A DNA stretch of 58,362 bases, filler included, from Sphacelaria rigidula (taxonomy: Eukaryota): the NCBI GenBank assembly GCA_964200075.2. It is 10 parts of 10 records of this genome, joined end to end, with 100 filler letters (N's around TTAATTAATTAA, not from the genome) between each part and the next. Parts side by side here need not be neighbours in the genome. Positions count along the whole stretch, not along the records: positions 23,389 to 29,134 come from CAXNAA020024782.1; positions 29,235 to 34,980 come from CAXNAA020024783.1; positions 35,081 to 40,826 come from CAXNAA020024784.1; 7 more parts are not named here. One strand, 5' to 3'. Shown piece by piece: positions 23,397 through 36,194 of the stretch (positions are counted from its first letter, which is position 1; each line of letters opens with the position of its first letter). The translations under genes were made by a program, and so were the position numbers. The notes beneath the pieces are model-generated. The model made no database searches and was not told where the DNA came from. It was given only the letters and a program-made list of their open reading frames with translations.

Positions 23397-25480
23397 TTAT
23401 TTCGAACGAAACAGAGTCGGCGCCACACCACGGTGACCAGCCGACCGCATGCGAGCGCACACCATCAAGCGAGTTTGTAGAGCCCATTCATCCGACGGAA
23501 TCAACAAAAAAACATCACTACTGACAACACGCACGCGAAACAAACCATCGTTAGCCAAAGTAGCTTGATCGAAAGTCGTAGAAGAAGAATGAACACCGTC
23601 GTCGACTGTTTTGCGCTCCGTGGTACGAATGACATCTGACGAGGGCAGCGAGTCATCGCCATCACACGGGCTGTACACGGCAACAGAACGAAGAGGCACG
23701 GTAGGAACGTTCACCAAGCGAGACAACAAATCTCCCCAAACAATGCGCTCTCCAGGAATTTTGTTCACTGGCATACCGATATTGTTGTTGGGCTCCCAGC
23801 AACTCCCGCATGTCTTCTTGGCTTGGCATTTCCCCCGGAAACTGTTCCATCTGCGCGTTCACCGCATGGTAGTCGCTGACCAAACGGAATGTGTCCCGCT
23901 TCGGCACCGCCATCGCCGGACTCGCCCACACAGCCTCGATGTTCCTAACAGCAGACCAAACGCCACCAATGCTGCGATGCATGAAGCAAGCCACCGGATC
24001 GTAACGGAGAGGCTTGGCCTTCACAGCCTTCGCCTGTGGCTTCAGCTGCGCCTGTGGCTTCAGCTGCACCCTAATTGGCTCCACGCGCGCTGGCGGATCA
24101 CCACGCAGTGCACGACGAAAGATATCCACGCGACGAGCCAAAATATCACGCAGACAATGTGCGCCATCGGCACTTAGGTCCTTCTGCTCGGCCTGTTGCA
24201 CGCTATCCTCTAGCACACGTTCTCTGGCACCTCTCTCCTCCGCAGGGTCCATGAACATGTCGGGGCCCCGATCGACCAAGCGCTCCACCGCTTCATCCGC
24301 AGGAGTCTCCTTCTCATTGGCAATCTGGAACGACCGTATGGATACGGTGACACGCCTCGCAGCAAGATAGCGTGGATTTTCCACGCCGGTTTACACCGGC
24401 ACAGCACGCGGGCGTAACGTATCTAACGCCAGCGGGTACAAATCGATCCCGAGCTCCTTCATTGCCGCCATCCCAAACAGGACCAGGTTGTCCCTGCTGG
24501 GCATGACAGCGAAAGTGATGGGTTGCAACTCCACGATCGCCCACGGCGTACACACGCTGACAGCAATCGGCACCGTTTCATGAGTAACCGTCACAGGAGT
24601 ACCCGTGGTGGTCTGTGCCGTTTGTGGTCCGTTTTCGAACGGAATCTGAAGCTGAGCGCCGCCAAACTGCGAAGACATTTGCTCTAACAACCCCACACCG
24701 ATCGACGTGAGCGCGGATTTTTATCCAGCCGTCTACATACGTGAGTACGCTTTTGACATACGCCTTGAATTCCGGAGGCGAAATCCCGTCCACCAAAGCA
24801 GTGGAAAACGATTCGTCCGGGCCTGGCAACCAGATCCTGTCGTCCGCACGGTACATGGCTCGCACCGTCAGATTATCAGAGAAACCAAAATCAATCGGTG
24901 AGTTAACCACCATCGCTCTATCCTTGACGGATGTTCCGCCGCTTTGCTGCATTGTAAGCACTCTACGCGGGTCTGCTGCAGCCCGCGCAGTATCGTGTTT
25001 GCCGCCAGTTGTGGTGAACCCGACATGCCGCTTCACATCATCTAGCAATTCGTCGGGTGTCATAGCACGACGGTCCTTGTACATGCTTTCAAAGCACCGA
25101 TGAATGTATGTTGGGATGAGTTGTCCTATGCTCACCCTTGCATGCCGCACCACCCCTTGTGCATTTGCAAGGTACAAACGCTCTTCATAATCGAAATTAG
25201 CGGCGTAAAAAACCCCGCGACACCTCCTCGGTCCACACCTGGCCGTACTTTGGCGGGTCTAGCGGCTCACCCCAAACCAGCGGCGCTGCCGCCGCCTGAG
25301 CCATGTCCTCTAGGACTCCAAACACTTCACGGAGAGACTGTTGCCTGACTTGTGCGTCCTCCAGCCCACGAAGCGTCCTCCACCGCTGTTCCTTTCAAGT
25401 TGTCTCGATCCACCCGCAGGCCAGACTGCTATTTCGGCTGCGACCCCTTTTCCTCAGCAAAACTCCTCCAACAGAGTGCC
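23397..25480 (-). mobile_element. Decayed Ty3/gypsy LTR retrotransposon (gag-like region, protease region, RT N-terminus, RNase H end, integrase Zn-binding start)
   Basis: Motifs FAVMPSRDNLVLFGMAAMKELGIDL, RGDPPARVEPIRVQLKP, WASPAMAVPKRDTFRLVSDYHAVNAQ, IPGERIVWGDLLSR and RLMVCARMRSAGHRG occur in gypsy order, with frameshifts and stops. Confidence 0.9.
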
Positions 25481-27257
25481 GAGAAATATCCAGATATTAC
25501 AGCATCTGCTAGACGATCCAGATGAGAGGACTCCCAGCGAGGGACTCCTCCAGTATCACTGGCCTCGTGCTCGATAAGTCCTTTCTTCTAGCTTGTTATT
25601 ACAGTATCACGGAGAGATTATCAACAGATTACGAGATCACGAGCCAGACAGCAACGGGCCACACAGCAAAGGGCCATCAATCCAGGATCCCCTGTCTCCT
25701 GCCACTGCTCCAATCATGCATGGGACTATACTGAAACCTTACGGCTTGGTATCATTTGGCTACAGTACTGTGAAAAATGATGACAGTATGCGCACCAAAA
25801 GCATTGGTATATCGGTGCTGCCTCCATCCATTTGCATCCTCCACGAGAATAAAGGAACGTGTGTATTTGTGGTTATTTGATGTGATTAATTGTTGTTTTG
25901 TGTAGATGACATGCACAGGCAAGCCTAATTGGTTGATCTTCCGGGATATTATCAAGCTTGAATTGTATGTAGTTCCAAGTAGTTGAGGTAGTGAAGATTT
26001 ATTTTATGTGCTACCCCTTATCAGCAATTTGAGGACAATTTGGATGTTCCACTTTTTCCTTTTTCGTCACATATTTTTCCCCGCGTCTCCTTCATCGGGA
26101 CGAGCCTGTGGTCCTTTTAATCATGTTCTGTAGTTGAAAAAACCGAACTGTTTTGTTTTTAAAGAGGTTGCGAAATTTGGTACATGTTGCTACACCGGGC
26201 GACCTCTATGCAAACGCCAGCCAGTCCAGTACAGCGACGAAAGCTAGCTATGATCGGGTTTGCCTGCCGTCCTGCCGCCAGCGTTGCTTGAAAGCCACAA
26301 GACCTTTGAGGTTGGCGGTCGATGGCGTGGGTATCAAATGCAGCGACAAGTGGTTGATCATAGAGCACCCTTGTTCTTCGTGGGTTCATATCTCGCCCCA
26401 GGTGGTAATGCGTGACTTCGTCACATCGGAATTATTTCTTGAAAGCTACTGTACCGAGGTGTTCACGCAGCCAGCGCGCGTGCTCCAGATTGCAGCATGG
26501 ACGCACCCCTCTGCACCACGCTCACAACGGTTAGATCACTACTATAGGTGTCGTTTTTCACTCCGTATGTCAAGAAGATCTCCACAAGTGTTTGATGTCT
26601 GATACACTCCCCCCTCAACTGGTGTCTCGCACGTTGTTGTCGTTGGGCACCCAGAGGGTCGCTCACATACATGTCGGGAAAAATCAACGATGACTAACAC
26701 CCCCCAAGTTCAAATTGGATATATCTGTTGTTTTCGCCGCACCACCGCCCTTGCTGGCATGTGTGTGACAAAGAGCAGTAGTAGCGGTGACGGAAACATT
26801 GCCCTATTTTTCAACGACATGTTTGTTAGCGCACAGTGGCGCGTCCTGTCCAAAAAGAGAGGCCGAGAGAAATCGATCTTCGCATCGGTTACAGGCAAGA
26901 AGAGACGGAATCTCCCCGCACCTCGGCACATGGAAAATTGGGTACATGCTGGTAACATCGATGATGCCATTCTCTTGAGCGATTGGTAATCGCCGAGCGA
27001 GGACACACAAAGGACACGGGCGGAGGGCTTCCTCTCTGTCGTTGCTTCTCTCTCTGGTGATATCATTATCGACACACGTGTACATCGCATTTGTTAGGTG
27101 CACCTAGCCACAGCTGCTTAACTGCTGCGGACTTTTGGGGGGGAAGATGGCTTCGCTCGGTCGTAAGTGTTTCGCGTCTTCCCTGCAAAAAAGAAATGCC
27201 GCTTCAACCTCATTTTTGAGATGGACCTCATTTTTCAGGATCCGCTGTTATATGTAC

Positions 27258-27672
27258 CTTTTTATGTGCAATGACAGCAAAGCAAGTGTTTCCACTTGCA
27301 CTAAGAAGTCGTAGCGGCATGGCATGTTGGAGCCAGGCGTCACCAAACTTACTTTTCATTTATGTCCGATAGTTATGTTTTTACCTGTGATGAAGTGGTC
27401 GAGAGAGAGAAACAAATGGAGAACACGCATTCAGGTACTACTGGTATTCTATATGGCTTTTGGTTGCCACTGCTGTACAGTTCGATGGTGAAATGCTTTC
27501 AAGCAATTATGCGGATCAAGTACCTATCGGTGTTACTCTTTTTTCGTCGTCCACAGTAAACTGTGTGAATATTTTTGTGTGATGACAGCGAAACGAGTGT
27601 TGACGCTACAGCAAGAAGTTGCAGCGGCATGGCATGGTATAGTCGGGCATCACGTAACTTACTTTGTATTTA
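27258..27672 (+). repeat. Diverged ~100-bp direct repeat pair (~27258-27362 and ~27572-27672)
   Basis: tttt..gtg..atgacagc.aa.c.agtgtt...aagaagt.g.agcggcatggcatg...aacttacttt..attta occurs twice. Confidence 0.75.
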
Positions 27673-28964
27673 CACGTGGTTGAAGGAATATGAATCTATC
27701 TCCTTACGTTAGGTATAGTGGAGGAACTGGTGGACTCGTTTCAGTACCAAAACGCCAAGGTATTATTTGTGTTAAACAAGGTTTTCGTGAGATTGAGAGT
27801 TGGGTGCGGATTGAGAGTGCTTTTGATCATTCGCTCTAACTTGGCCAACTTTTCATTCCGTGTGTACTTTTCGGGGTCTCATCATTGCCATGTGCTTACA
27901 GCTACACATTGATATCCTACGCAGGGGTATCGAGGGCCTCAGTGGCAAGCTACTACAGGGAGAATATTGGGCCTGGTGGAGGCGCATTTCGGAACTGAAA
28001 CGGCTTATTCACTACTTGACCGCTTTTCACTCTCAATCGTACCTTCGACTCTCAATTTCACGGAAACGTTGTTGTAAATGCTTTGTCTCGTGTCTCGTTC
28101 GAATCACGTATTTCATACTGCCTGTACTGCAGTATGGTTGCGTCCTTGCATTGCTTGACAATAACTACGCTTCCCGCGCCTCGTACACAGTCATGATAAC
28201 CAGAGCATATCGGTGGTGTTTATATCATGCATATCCGTTTTTGAACTGGTACGGTATACTATTTGGTACAGCACGCAGCATGCGGCACTACTAGATCGAA
28301 AAAAACTGGTTCACCACACCTCCGAGTGCAACAACGATGGACTCGCCGGCATCTCTTCTGTGTGTTTTCGAGTAAAGCGTGATGGAACATGAGAAGCAAT
28401 ACCGTGACGGGCTGCCACAGAGGGGTATAATGCTGTAGTGCACAAGTGCGCTGGCACGATGTCGGCAACACGAAACATCGTGCACGCGCTAGCGCGCGTG
28501 CTGCCTGAGTATAACGGGCTCCGCGCGTCTAATTTTATTGAGTGTGTTTTGTTTAGTTCAATGCAGAGGTTACCCTATGGGTATGGAGCCTACACTGCGT
28601 ACCAACCGCAGCGTGGCGCGTTCGGCGGTACTACCAGCTCACAGCACCGCGGCAGGGTGCAGGGTGATAAAGCACACCGCAGGACGTCACATCCTTCGCC
28701 TAATCCCTATCCTGCATTAATTTCGCGTTGTCCTATGCAGTTCGCCACATCATGGATGCAGCCGCTTGTTTCTGCGGCCAACGTGCACGCAGGATATCAC
28801 CCCTAGCTACGCACTATATCGCTGCGTCACATTTTTTAAAGCTGCCCGTGTTACAGCTACAGCGTGCATTTGCCCCAGGAGGCGCACGAAGGAGTGAAAG
28901 GTCGCCTCCGCCGCTGTAATGGCCGCCTTTATCTTCGGCTAAGCTGTATGGCAACACAGCCGCG

Positions 28965-29037
28965 TCTGGTGCGCCCATATATACCGAAAGGTGGAGGCCG
29001 GTGTCCAAAATAGATGAGACGACAACACACACAGCAC
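28965..29037 (+). mobile_element. SINE S1 3' fragment
   Basis: gcgcccatatataccgaaaggtggaggccggtgtccaaaatagatgagacgacaacacacaca matches the S1 3' end and tail. Confidence 0.7.
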
Positions 29038-29134
29038 ACTGACTGTGCGTAGTACACTATAACCCTTTTGGAACCGTTGATGGAAAACTGAGGATATACA
29101 ACTGAGGTTTTTCCCACAATAAATGGTTGTTTTT

Positions 29135-29234
29135 NNNNNNNNNNNNNNNNNNNNNNNNNNNNNNNNNNNNNNNNNNNNTTAATTAATTAANNNNNNNNNN
29201 NNNNNNNNNNNNNNNNNNNNNNNNNNNNNNNNNN
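29135..29234. other. Artificial contig linker
   Basis: N44-TTAATTAATTAA-N44. Confidence 0.98.
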
Positions 29235-29319
29235 GATCGAGAATATACTCGTCTATTACGGTGAATTCTATTGCTACATCAATAGATGCCTTCTATTGTC
29301 CAGGGTATGGTACCATACC

Positions 29320-29978
29320 TCCACCACCTTGACTCCTTGTTTTCTTGCTCCTATTGCAAGTGTCAGATCATTAATAAATACCTTAGATAAAGTGGGTGAT
29401 AGCGTCCAACCTTGTGCACCTCCTTGTAAAATATCAAAATATCAAAATATTTCCCCGTCTAGCATCACAGCACTTTTGGCACATTCTGTGATGTTCTTTC
29501 CATTCTCCACACCTTTTCTCTGATCCCAATTTCCCACAACTTCTTCACTGCCCATTTCTCCATACTGTGTCATAAGCCTTGTATTGTGTGTACGTCCAGA
29601 AATAAACAGTACGTTGTCAGTCCGGTGTATTTCCCACCTTGAATCATCTTCCCTTATGTGTACACACATGGTCTACGTAACTACGGCTTGGCTTGAAATT
29701 TTTTGCCTCTCGCTGACCTTTTCTTTCTTTTCTAGCATCGCTCTTACTTTATCGTTCAGAATCTTACAGGACGTTTTCCCTACCGTGTTCAGTAGCGTTA
29801 TCCCTCTGTAATTCCCTGGGTGAGCCTTGTCCTCTTTCCGAAAAGCTTGACTACTACTCCTTCTCTCCACCTCTTGGGTGTGTACTCGTTTTCCCAGACA
29901 AGTTATACAGTATAACCGTCATGGTAATCATTCCTTCTCCTCCGTACTTCAAAACTCATTCACTATTTCGTCTGCCCC
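29320..29978 (-). mobile_element. Decayed non-LTR retrotransposon (LINE) reverse-transcriptase fragment
   Basis: GADEIVNE..KYGGEGM, PKRWREGVVV, DKAHPGNYRGITLLNTVGK..CKILN and ILQGGAQGWTLSPTLSKVFINDL are RT domains 0-4 with frameshifts. Confidence 0.9.
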
Positions 29979-30029
29979 TGGTCCGGCGAGAATCCGGCGT
30001 GCTCTGTCCCGATTTTGTAGGGGTGGACT

Positions 30030-30543
30030 CCCGATGGGGTTGGCGTCGGTTGGCGATGACGCTATATAACACGCCACTCACTGCGTGAGCTAGGCAGCCA
30101 GGTTGCCGTTTCTTTTTCGCGCGCTCTAGTTTTTTTTTGCGGTCATCATGATGGCAGTCGAGCTAGATCATGTTATGTGGCGTGGGAGAAACTCAACTCC
30201 GGACAATGTGGATGATCGTACCTCGTAGTTTTAAATGGTGAGACACCATGAGGCAGTGTATATACGGCGTGGCTGTCCCTGAAAGTCGCGACGCCAGAAA
30301 ATAAAGCAACTCACTGTAGGCTGCCATCCAAATGCAGGATAATCAGTAGGCTTCGGGCCGAACAATCTTAGGAGGATGAAGCCCATTCTTCATGCGACTC
30401 GCCGAACACAACACGGCGCTTCGCGCTTAGTACTTGAGTGCGAGCCTGGTCCGGCGAATACCCGGCGTGCTCCGTGCCGGCTTTGTAAGGATGTGAGGTC
30501 AACGGTCCTATGACCATGGCATGCATGATCATGAGTACACCCT
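30030..30543 (-). mobile_element. Repeat family R3 copy
   Basis: Reverse complement colinear with 7404-7935. An extra duplicated piece lies at ~29976-30025. Confidence 0.85.
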
Positions 30544-31180
30544 GCTGCCTTTCTGTTCTTGATGTTTAGCTACACACCCCTTTACTTCATCTCTGATACA
30601 TTCTTCCTGCAGTTATTTGGAGCGACAATCCTCCCGTTTTCACGTCTCTACATTTGCCTCTGCTCACGCGTTGATTTCTCTTTCGAATTCCCTGTCGGAC
30701 TTCGTGTTAGTTTTTGGTATTTCTAGTCGACGGTAGTGCTCTGATCAATATAGTTGATCTACGGACCGCCACCGGAAGCATGAGCGGGGAAATTGCGGGG
30801 TGTTCGATTATTCTGGCAAGGTTATGGAGAACATTCCTCGTGATTGAAGAAAGGCAAATTGTTCCGAACTCCTAATTTAGGGAAACTTGTCGTGAATTTT
30901 GCGACGCAATATATTCTGGATCGTAGGTAGTCGTGACAGGGTACTGCTCTACGCCCTACTCCCTCACTCGTCTCCCTCACCTCTCTTCACCCAATTTTCT
31001 ACCTGTGGGTAGTGATGATAAAGACGTACAATATATCTTTATCTTCCCAGTTACTACAAGTGGGCAGGAATCTGTGTGAGCACACAGCAAGGGGCTGTTG
31101 TTGCTTGAAGATCATCTGACCGACACGATCATTCGAATACGTTCACGTATTTATGGTTCGACTTCGATCGTTGTTCTGAG

Positions 31181-34100
31181 ATGGCGGATCAAGACAGTGC
31201 ATTGGAAGAATTGAGGGCGCTGCTCGAGGCGCAAACAAGGGCCTTGGTAGGAAGGCTGTTACGCGTCGAGGTTGCCTAGGAAAGCAGAGGCGGACGAATT
31301 GAGAGGTCCGTCAGTGGAGATCAATCATCGTATTTCGATTGTGCTACGGGCGCGGTGCGGGCAGGGTCTGCTTCCGGCCGTAAAGGTGGAGTCACCACCG
31401 ATAGCCTGCTGCCAGTTGTCGGTGAGGATGGGATTGCAGGAGATAGAACTCTTGCGTTGAGTCCTGGGGACAAAAGCAGCATCAACACTGCTGTTCCCAA
31501 GTCAGAAGGAGGTTTTGATTTTCCTTCATGGAAAAGATTATTTGAGGGTGTCGCCTTGTCCAACGCTTTATGCAGACTGTCAGTACGGCCATTGGAATCC
31601 CCGTACGTGACCCCTCAAATTGTTCACATTTCTTAGATGACCAAGGTTTTTGTGAGACAAGCATAAGACGAGCACGTATTGCTTGGAAGTGTTTGACAGA
31701 GAGTATCACAGACGGTGAATGATCAAGTAGGGCGTTTGACACAAACTCCCCGAGTGCAGGCTGGCGCTTTCTCTGTAACTAGTTCCTTCCGAGAACCCTC
31801 TCGGAAAAATCGAACTGGAAACGCCTTTTCAACGAGTTACGAATGGAGGAAAAGAAAGATCCGATTAAGTTTTTCGCGCACGTGGATAAGATTGTGGGTG
31901 TACCAGTATCACTACGGGTAAATAAGCTTGAAGATGGTGTTAACCTCAAGATAGTTGAGGTGCTCACAAGCGACTACGAGTACGAACAGCGTACTATTAA
32001 TATCTTGTACAGAGACATCATCACCCGAGCAGAAATAGAGGCTGTTGTAAGACAGAGATAGAGGCTATCGTTACCAGCAAGCCCACCCACCGAAATCGCA
32101 ATCACGACGGCGCCGAAGGTTGCAGGGGTGTTTCCAGTGGTACTGCAGTCGGTAACGACGACCAGAATAGCAGTACCAAAACGTGGGGAATAAGTACGAC
32201 GCAATGCGAAACAAGTGTCATCGTTGCTTAGAGCCAGGACACCAATGGTTTGACTATACAGCACACGTCATCCCAGACCCGAAAAATTCACAGGGTGGCT
32301 CTGGTGAAATCACAGCGTGTTGGTCGATTGGTATCCAACGAAGTAAGGAGGACGCGGTGGGAGTGAGTGCGTAATAGCAGTTATGATGGTATTGAAAGGT
32401 GGGTAGGTAGTGGAGCAAAAAGTCATATGACTCAATGAGCTGAATTGCTCCGTGACGCGCAACCATCTGAGGACAAAGTTGAGATCGGCAATAATACCCT
32501 CATCGACGTTGAGTGTCATGGGTCGTTAGCTGTAGTTTTCCCAAACAGGGCTGGAGGAGTAACGGTAAGACTTGAGAAGGTCGCGTACCTACCCGACTTA
32601 GCTTTTAAGCTATTCTCATTCGCGGCTGCGCACACACGAGGAGTAGGCTTTTCGACTGGTGACTGCTACATGAGTGTGACTCTACTGGACGGACGTCTCC
32701 GGTTTGGAGTGATGGATCTGGATGCTCAACGTATGGTTGAAGGATTGATCCTGATGATGACCACATCCCCCCTCCCTTGTTGGTTCCCGAGTCTGTTGAA
32801 AAATCAGTGTGACCCGACCCCCCTGTTCCCCTAGAGTTCCACGTAATAGCTTCCGGCAGTGATGGCTCACGATAGACTCCGTTACCGCTACTGGCGAGAG
32901 AAATCCCCCATCAGCGTCGAATGGCATCTCCGGCGAAGAGCGCAGATCATGGATGAAGTTAAGCAGGATTCTCTCGGCGATAAAAATCAGCCGGCCTCCG
33001 ACAGCACAACTAACTGCTCCTTCAGGTGTTTATTTGCCATCGGTGAGTAGTGAGCCGTCTGCCGGCGGAGACCTCTCGGTCGAGGGGAGCGACTCGTCTT
33101 CATCAGACGGAAGTGTGTGTTCCAGTTCCAACGGCAGCCAACTTAAGTCAAACGTGGCTGGATGTGGAAATGGCGAGGAGCTTGGGCGGACCAGAGCGTA
33201 GACGCGAGCGCTCAATAGAGAAGCATCTGGGCTCGTGGCTTCGTTAGGGCCCGATGAAGGGGACAAAATAATATATGGCCTGCTGGCGATACAGGAGGTT
33301 ACCCGTAAGCCGGGCGAGCTCCCTAAATGTCTCGTCAAGGAAGCGGTGCGGGAGCCGTTGTCATACCCTGCGACGTGTTCATCACATTACTCGGATGTGT
33401 GGATGGAGGCGATGAATGTAGAGCTCGGTAAGCTAGGGATGTCGGAACGTTTGCAGACGTGACTGGCATTCCAGAGGGGTGCAACATTACGGACGCTAAG
33501 TGGTTGTATAAGTGGAAGGGTGGCGCACATCATATGGTTGACCGGGCGAAAGCTTGTATAGTAGCCATGGGGTACCGCCACGCAAAAGAAGTAGACCAGT
33601 TGGAGACATTTACCCCTACGGCATCTGTTACTCCAAACAGGTTAATGGCGGGCATGGCAGATAAACTATACTGGGATTTAAGGCACTTGGATGTAGACCA
33701 GATTTTCGTTCAGTCGGAGTTGAACATCGATATCTACTTGCGCCTGCCCCCCGGTTGTGGATCAGTGTGTGGTAAGGTAGTGCGCATTAATAAGGCTTTG
33801 TACGGTTCGAAGCAGGGTGGTCGTGCATGGTATCAACTATTGTCGTCAACCCTGGTGGAGTGCGGTTTCGAGCAATGCTCAGTAGATCCCCATATGTTTC
33901 GACTGAGGGTCACTCAAGACGCTGTGGCGATGATAGTATTTCATGTGGACGATATCATGATGATAACGGCTGAGGAAGTGACTAAGTTATAATAGTCGGT
34001 GCACTCAATCAAAGATTTTCCACTGAACATCTTGGGGAGATAGAGTGGTACATGGGGAGTGAGTTCAAAAGGGACCGGGAGAAAGGTACTTCGAAGATTT

Positions 34101-34700
34101 CACAAACCCAGTTCATTGAGAGTGTGCTCAATCGTTTTCACGCCTCGAAACTAGCGCAATTTCCGCTGCCCCTTCCTTAGACCTCAAGCATGCAAGCGAG
34201 GAGAAAGGAGACCGTGATGGATGTGCCTTTCCGTGAGATCGTGGGGACCTTGGTGTGGTTAGCGAACCAGACGAAGTCAAATATCGCGAATACAGTTCGG
34301 GTAATCGCTCGGTTCTTTCATGAATCCAAGCTGACTCATTACAAGGCGGCATAGAAGATACTCGAGTAGTTGAATGCTACGTCGGACTCAGGTTTATTTT
34401 TCAAGAAGGGTGGCGACTTAAGATGTATTTAGTTGGAGTTTGATTTTGACACGTTCGTTGACGCAGACTACGCCCATGAGGCAGAGGATGGGCGTTCCTT
34501 TTCTAATGTAGCTATTTGCTGTGGAGGTACGCCAGTGTCTTGGTTCTCTAGAACGCAGAAGTGCGTCACCTTATCTATTACCGAGGCAGAGTATGAAGCA
34601 ATGGCACACGATGTCAAGGGGCCCTGTATGTGAGGAGGATTTTGAAGTTCCTAATGCCCAGTTTGGGGTCGAAAAGCACTGGCGTTTTTTAGAACAACAA
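31181..34700 (+). mobile_element. Decayed Ty1/copia LTR retrotransposon (gag, Zn knuckle, protease, RT, RNase H; integrase not recognisable)
   Basis: MEEKKDPIKFFAHVDKIV; CHRCLEPGH; SHMT...VEIGNNTLIDVECHG...LEKVAYLPDLAFKLFS; WMEAMNVEL; KWLYKWK...RAKACIVAMGY...HLDVDQ...KALYGSKQGGRAWY...HVDDI; FVDADYA...SWFSRTQKCVTLSITEAEY. Confidence 0.95.
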
Positions 34701-34980
34701 GGGGGGGGTACTCATTTGTTGCTTCCCTTAATCGTGTGACCATTGACCACGCATCCCTTTCGAGACAGAGCACCTTTCCTACTCCTAATAGAGACACCTC
34801 CGACACTCTCGCGCTCATTACGTTTCTTCCGCAGCTCATTCCGTTTCTTCCATACATTACACAAAAAAAAATTACGTATCTTATTCCCGTCCTGTTTCGC
34901 CGTCTCTGGCCACCATCAGTCTCCTAGTATAGCAATCGCTTTCTCCCTACTGTCTAATGCACCAAACGATTTCACACGTC

Positions 34981-35080
34981 NNNNNNNNNNNNNNNNNNNN
35001 NNNNNNNNNNNNNNNNNNNNNNNNTTAATTAATTAANNNNNNNNNNNNNNNNNNNNNNNNNNNNNNNNNNNNNNNNNNNN
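34981..35080. other. Artificial contig linker
   Basis: N44-TTAATTAATTAA-N44. Confidence 0.98.
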
Positions 35081-35816
35081 TAGAACGAATCCAAGCGTGG
35101 GAATTCCCAGCTTTTCGTTGTGCTCGGCTTTTCCCATATTGATTCACGCGAAGATTTCGCCTCCCAAAACCATGCACCTTTTGGGGGGGGGCTATCGTGG
35201 AAAGTGTCTTTCGCACATACTTTTTGGGGGAACGGAAGGCTGGAAACCCTTCAAAATAGTCTTAGGGGTCGGGAGGGGGGGGGGGGTGAGGTCGTCCATA
35301 TGAAAATCATGTGTCATGACTCTGGGTCAGGCAAGCACTGTCTTGAAGTTGAACCCAATTTTCATGTTCAATTCCATTTCTCAGTATGTTGTGTTCGATG
35401 TGCGCAATACTTGGAACGAGAACGTCATGCCTACGTAGATCGGGTACCATGTTGTGTGCTTTACATATTTTCGACCTCAGTTCTTCCCCGTAGAAATCTC
35501 TCCTTGTCATTTGTTGGATCCCCCGATACAACAGGCACTTCGTCACGACAATGACACACGTGATCAACCACATATCAATTAATCATTTGGATTCCAACGC
35601 TCTCGATATAGTCTAGTAATCGAGAGTGTCGACCCTTCTGGTAACACCGGAATAGAAACCACAGAACTTGCAGTCAACATACTCGAGTTCGAGACAGTTG
35701 AACGAAAACAGTCCGATCTACCCAACAGTAACAGTAATGGGAATCGAAACACAATCCAATGTCGGCGTTCGTTGTCGTGTGACATACTCAACAGTACGAC
35801 TACTCAATTCACGTCA

Positions 35817-36194
35817 TGTGTGTGTGTATGTGTTGTCGTCCCATTCATTCTGGGCGCCAGTCTACCCCTTCCGGGATATATGGGCACATCATCCGGGGTC
35901 ACACAAGAGGAAGGTCAACACAGGAGCTTCTTTTTCATTTGTTTTTAGTACCCCACCTTCCTTCTGCGGTGCCTGCCTTTTTATTTTTTATCGCGAGAGG
36001 GTTTCAGCAGTCCCTTTCCCTCGTCGACCGTTAAGTCGAATTTTGTGTACCCACGACATAGTCGCTNNNNNNNNNNCGCTCTCCACTGTTGGGCATTGTG
36101 TGAGAAAAAATCCCAGATCGCTCCGGGAATCGACCCCCACAACTCAACCGTGAGAAGGTTACGAGGTTGCCAACTGGGCCACCGGGGCGACCGG
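35817..36194 (-). mobile_element. SINE S1 full-length copy
   Basis: Reverse complement head ccggtcgccccggTGGCCCAGTTGG...GGGGTCGATTCC, S1 body and (CA)n tail. A 10-N gap lies at 36067-36076. Confidence 0.88.

Noticed and set aside
27085..27103. HLTN motif suggesting tubulin-tyrosine ligase
   Set aside because: It is a four-residue match with no other family motifs nearby.
31004..31165. 5' LTR and primer-binding site of the copia element (similarly ~25480-25745 for the gypsy element)
   Set aside because: There is no second LTR in the contig to confirm boundaries, and the PBS is not recognisable with confidence.
29320..34700. A single chimeric LINE-copia element or novel RT system
   Set aside because: The two relics are on opposite strands, are separated by R3 and unique DNA, and are both ordinary decayed elements.
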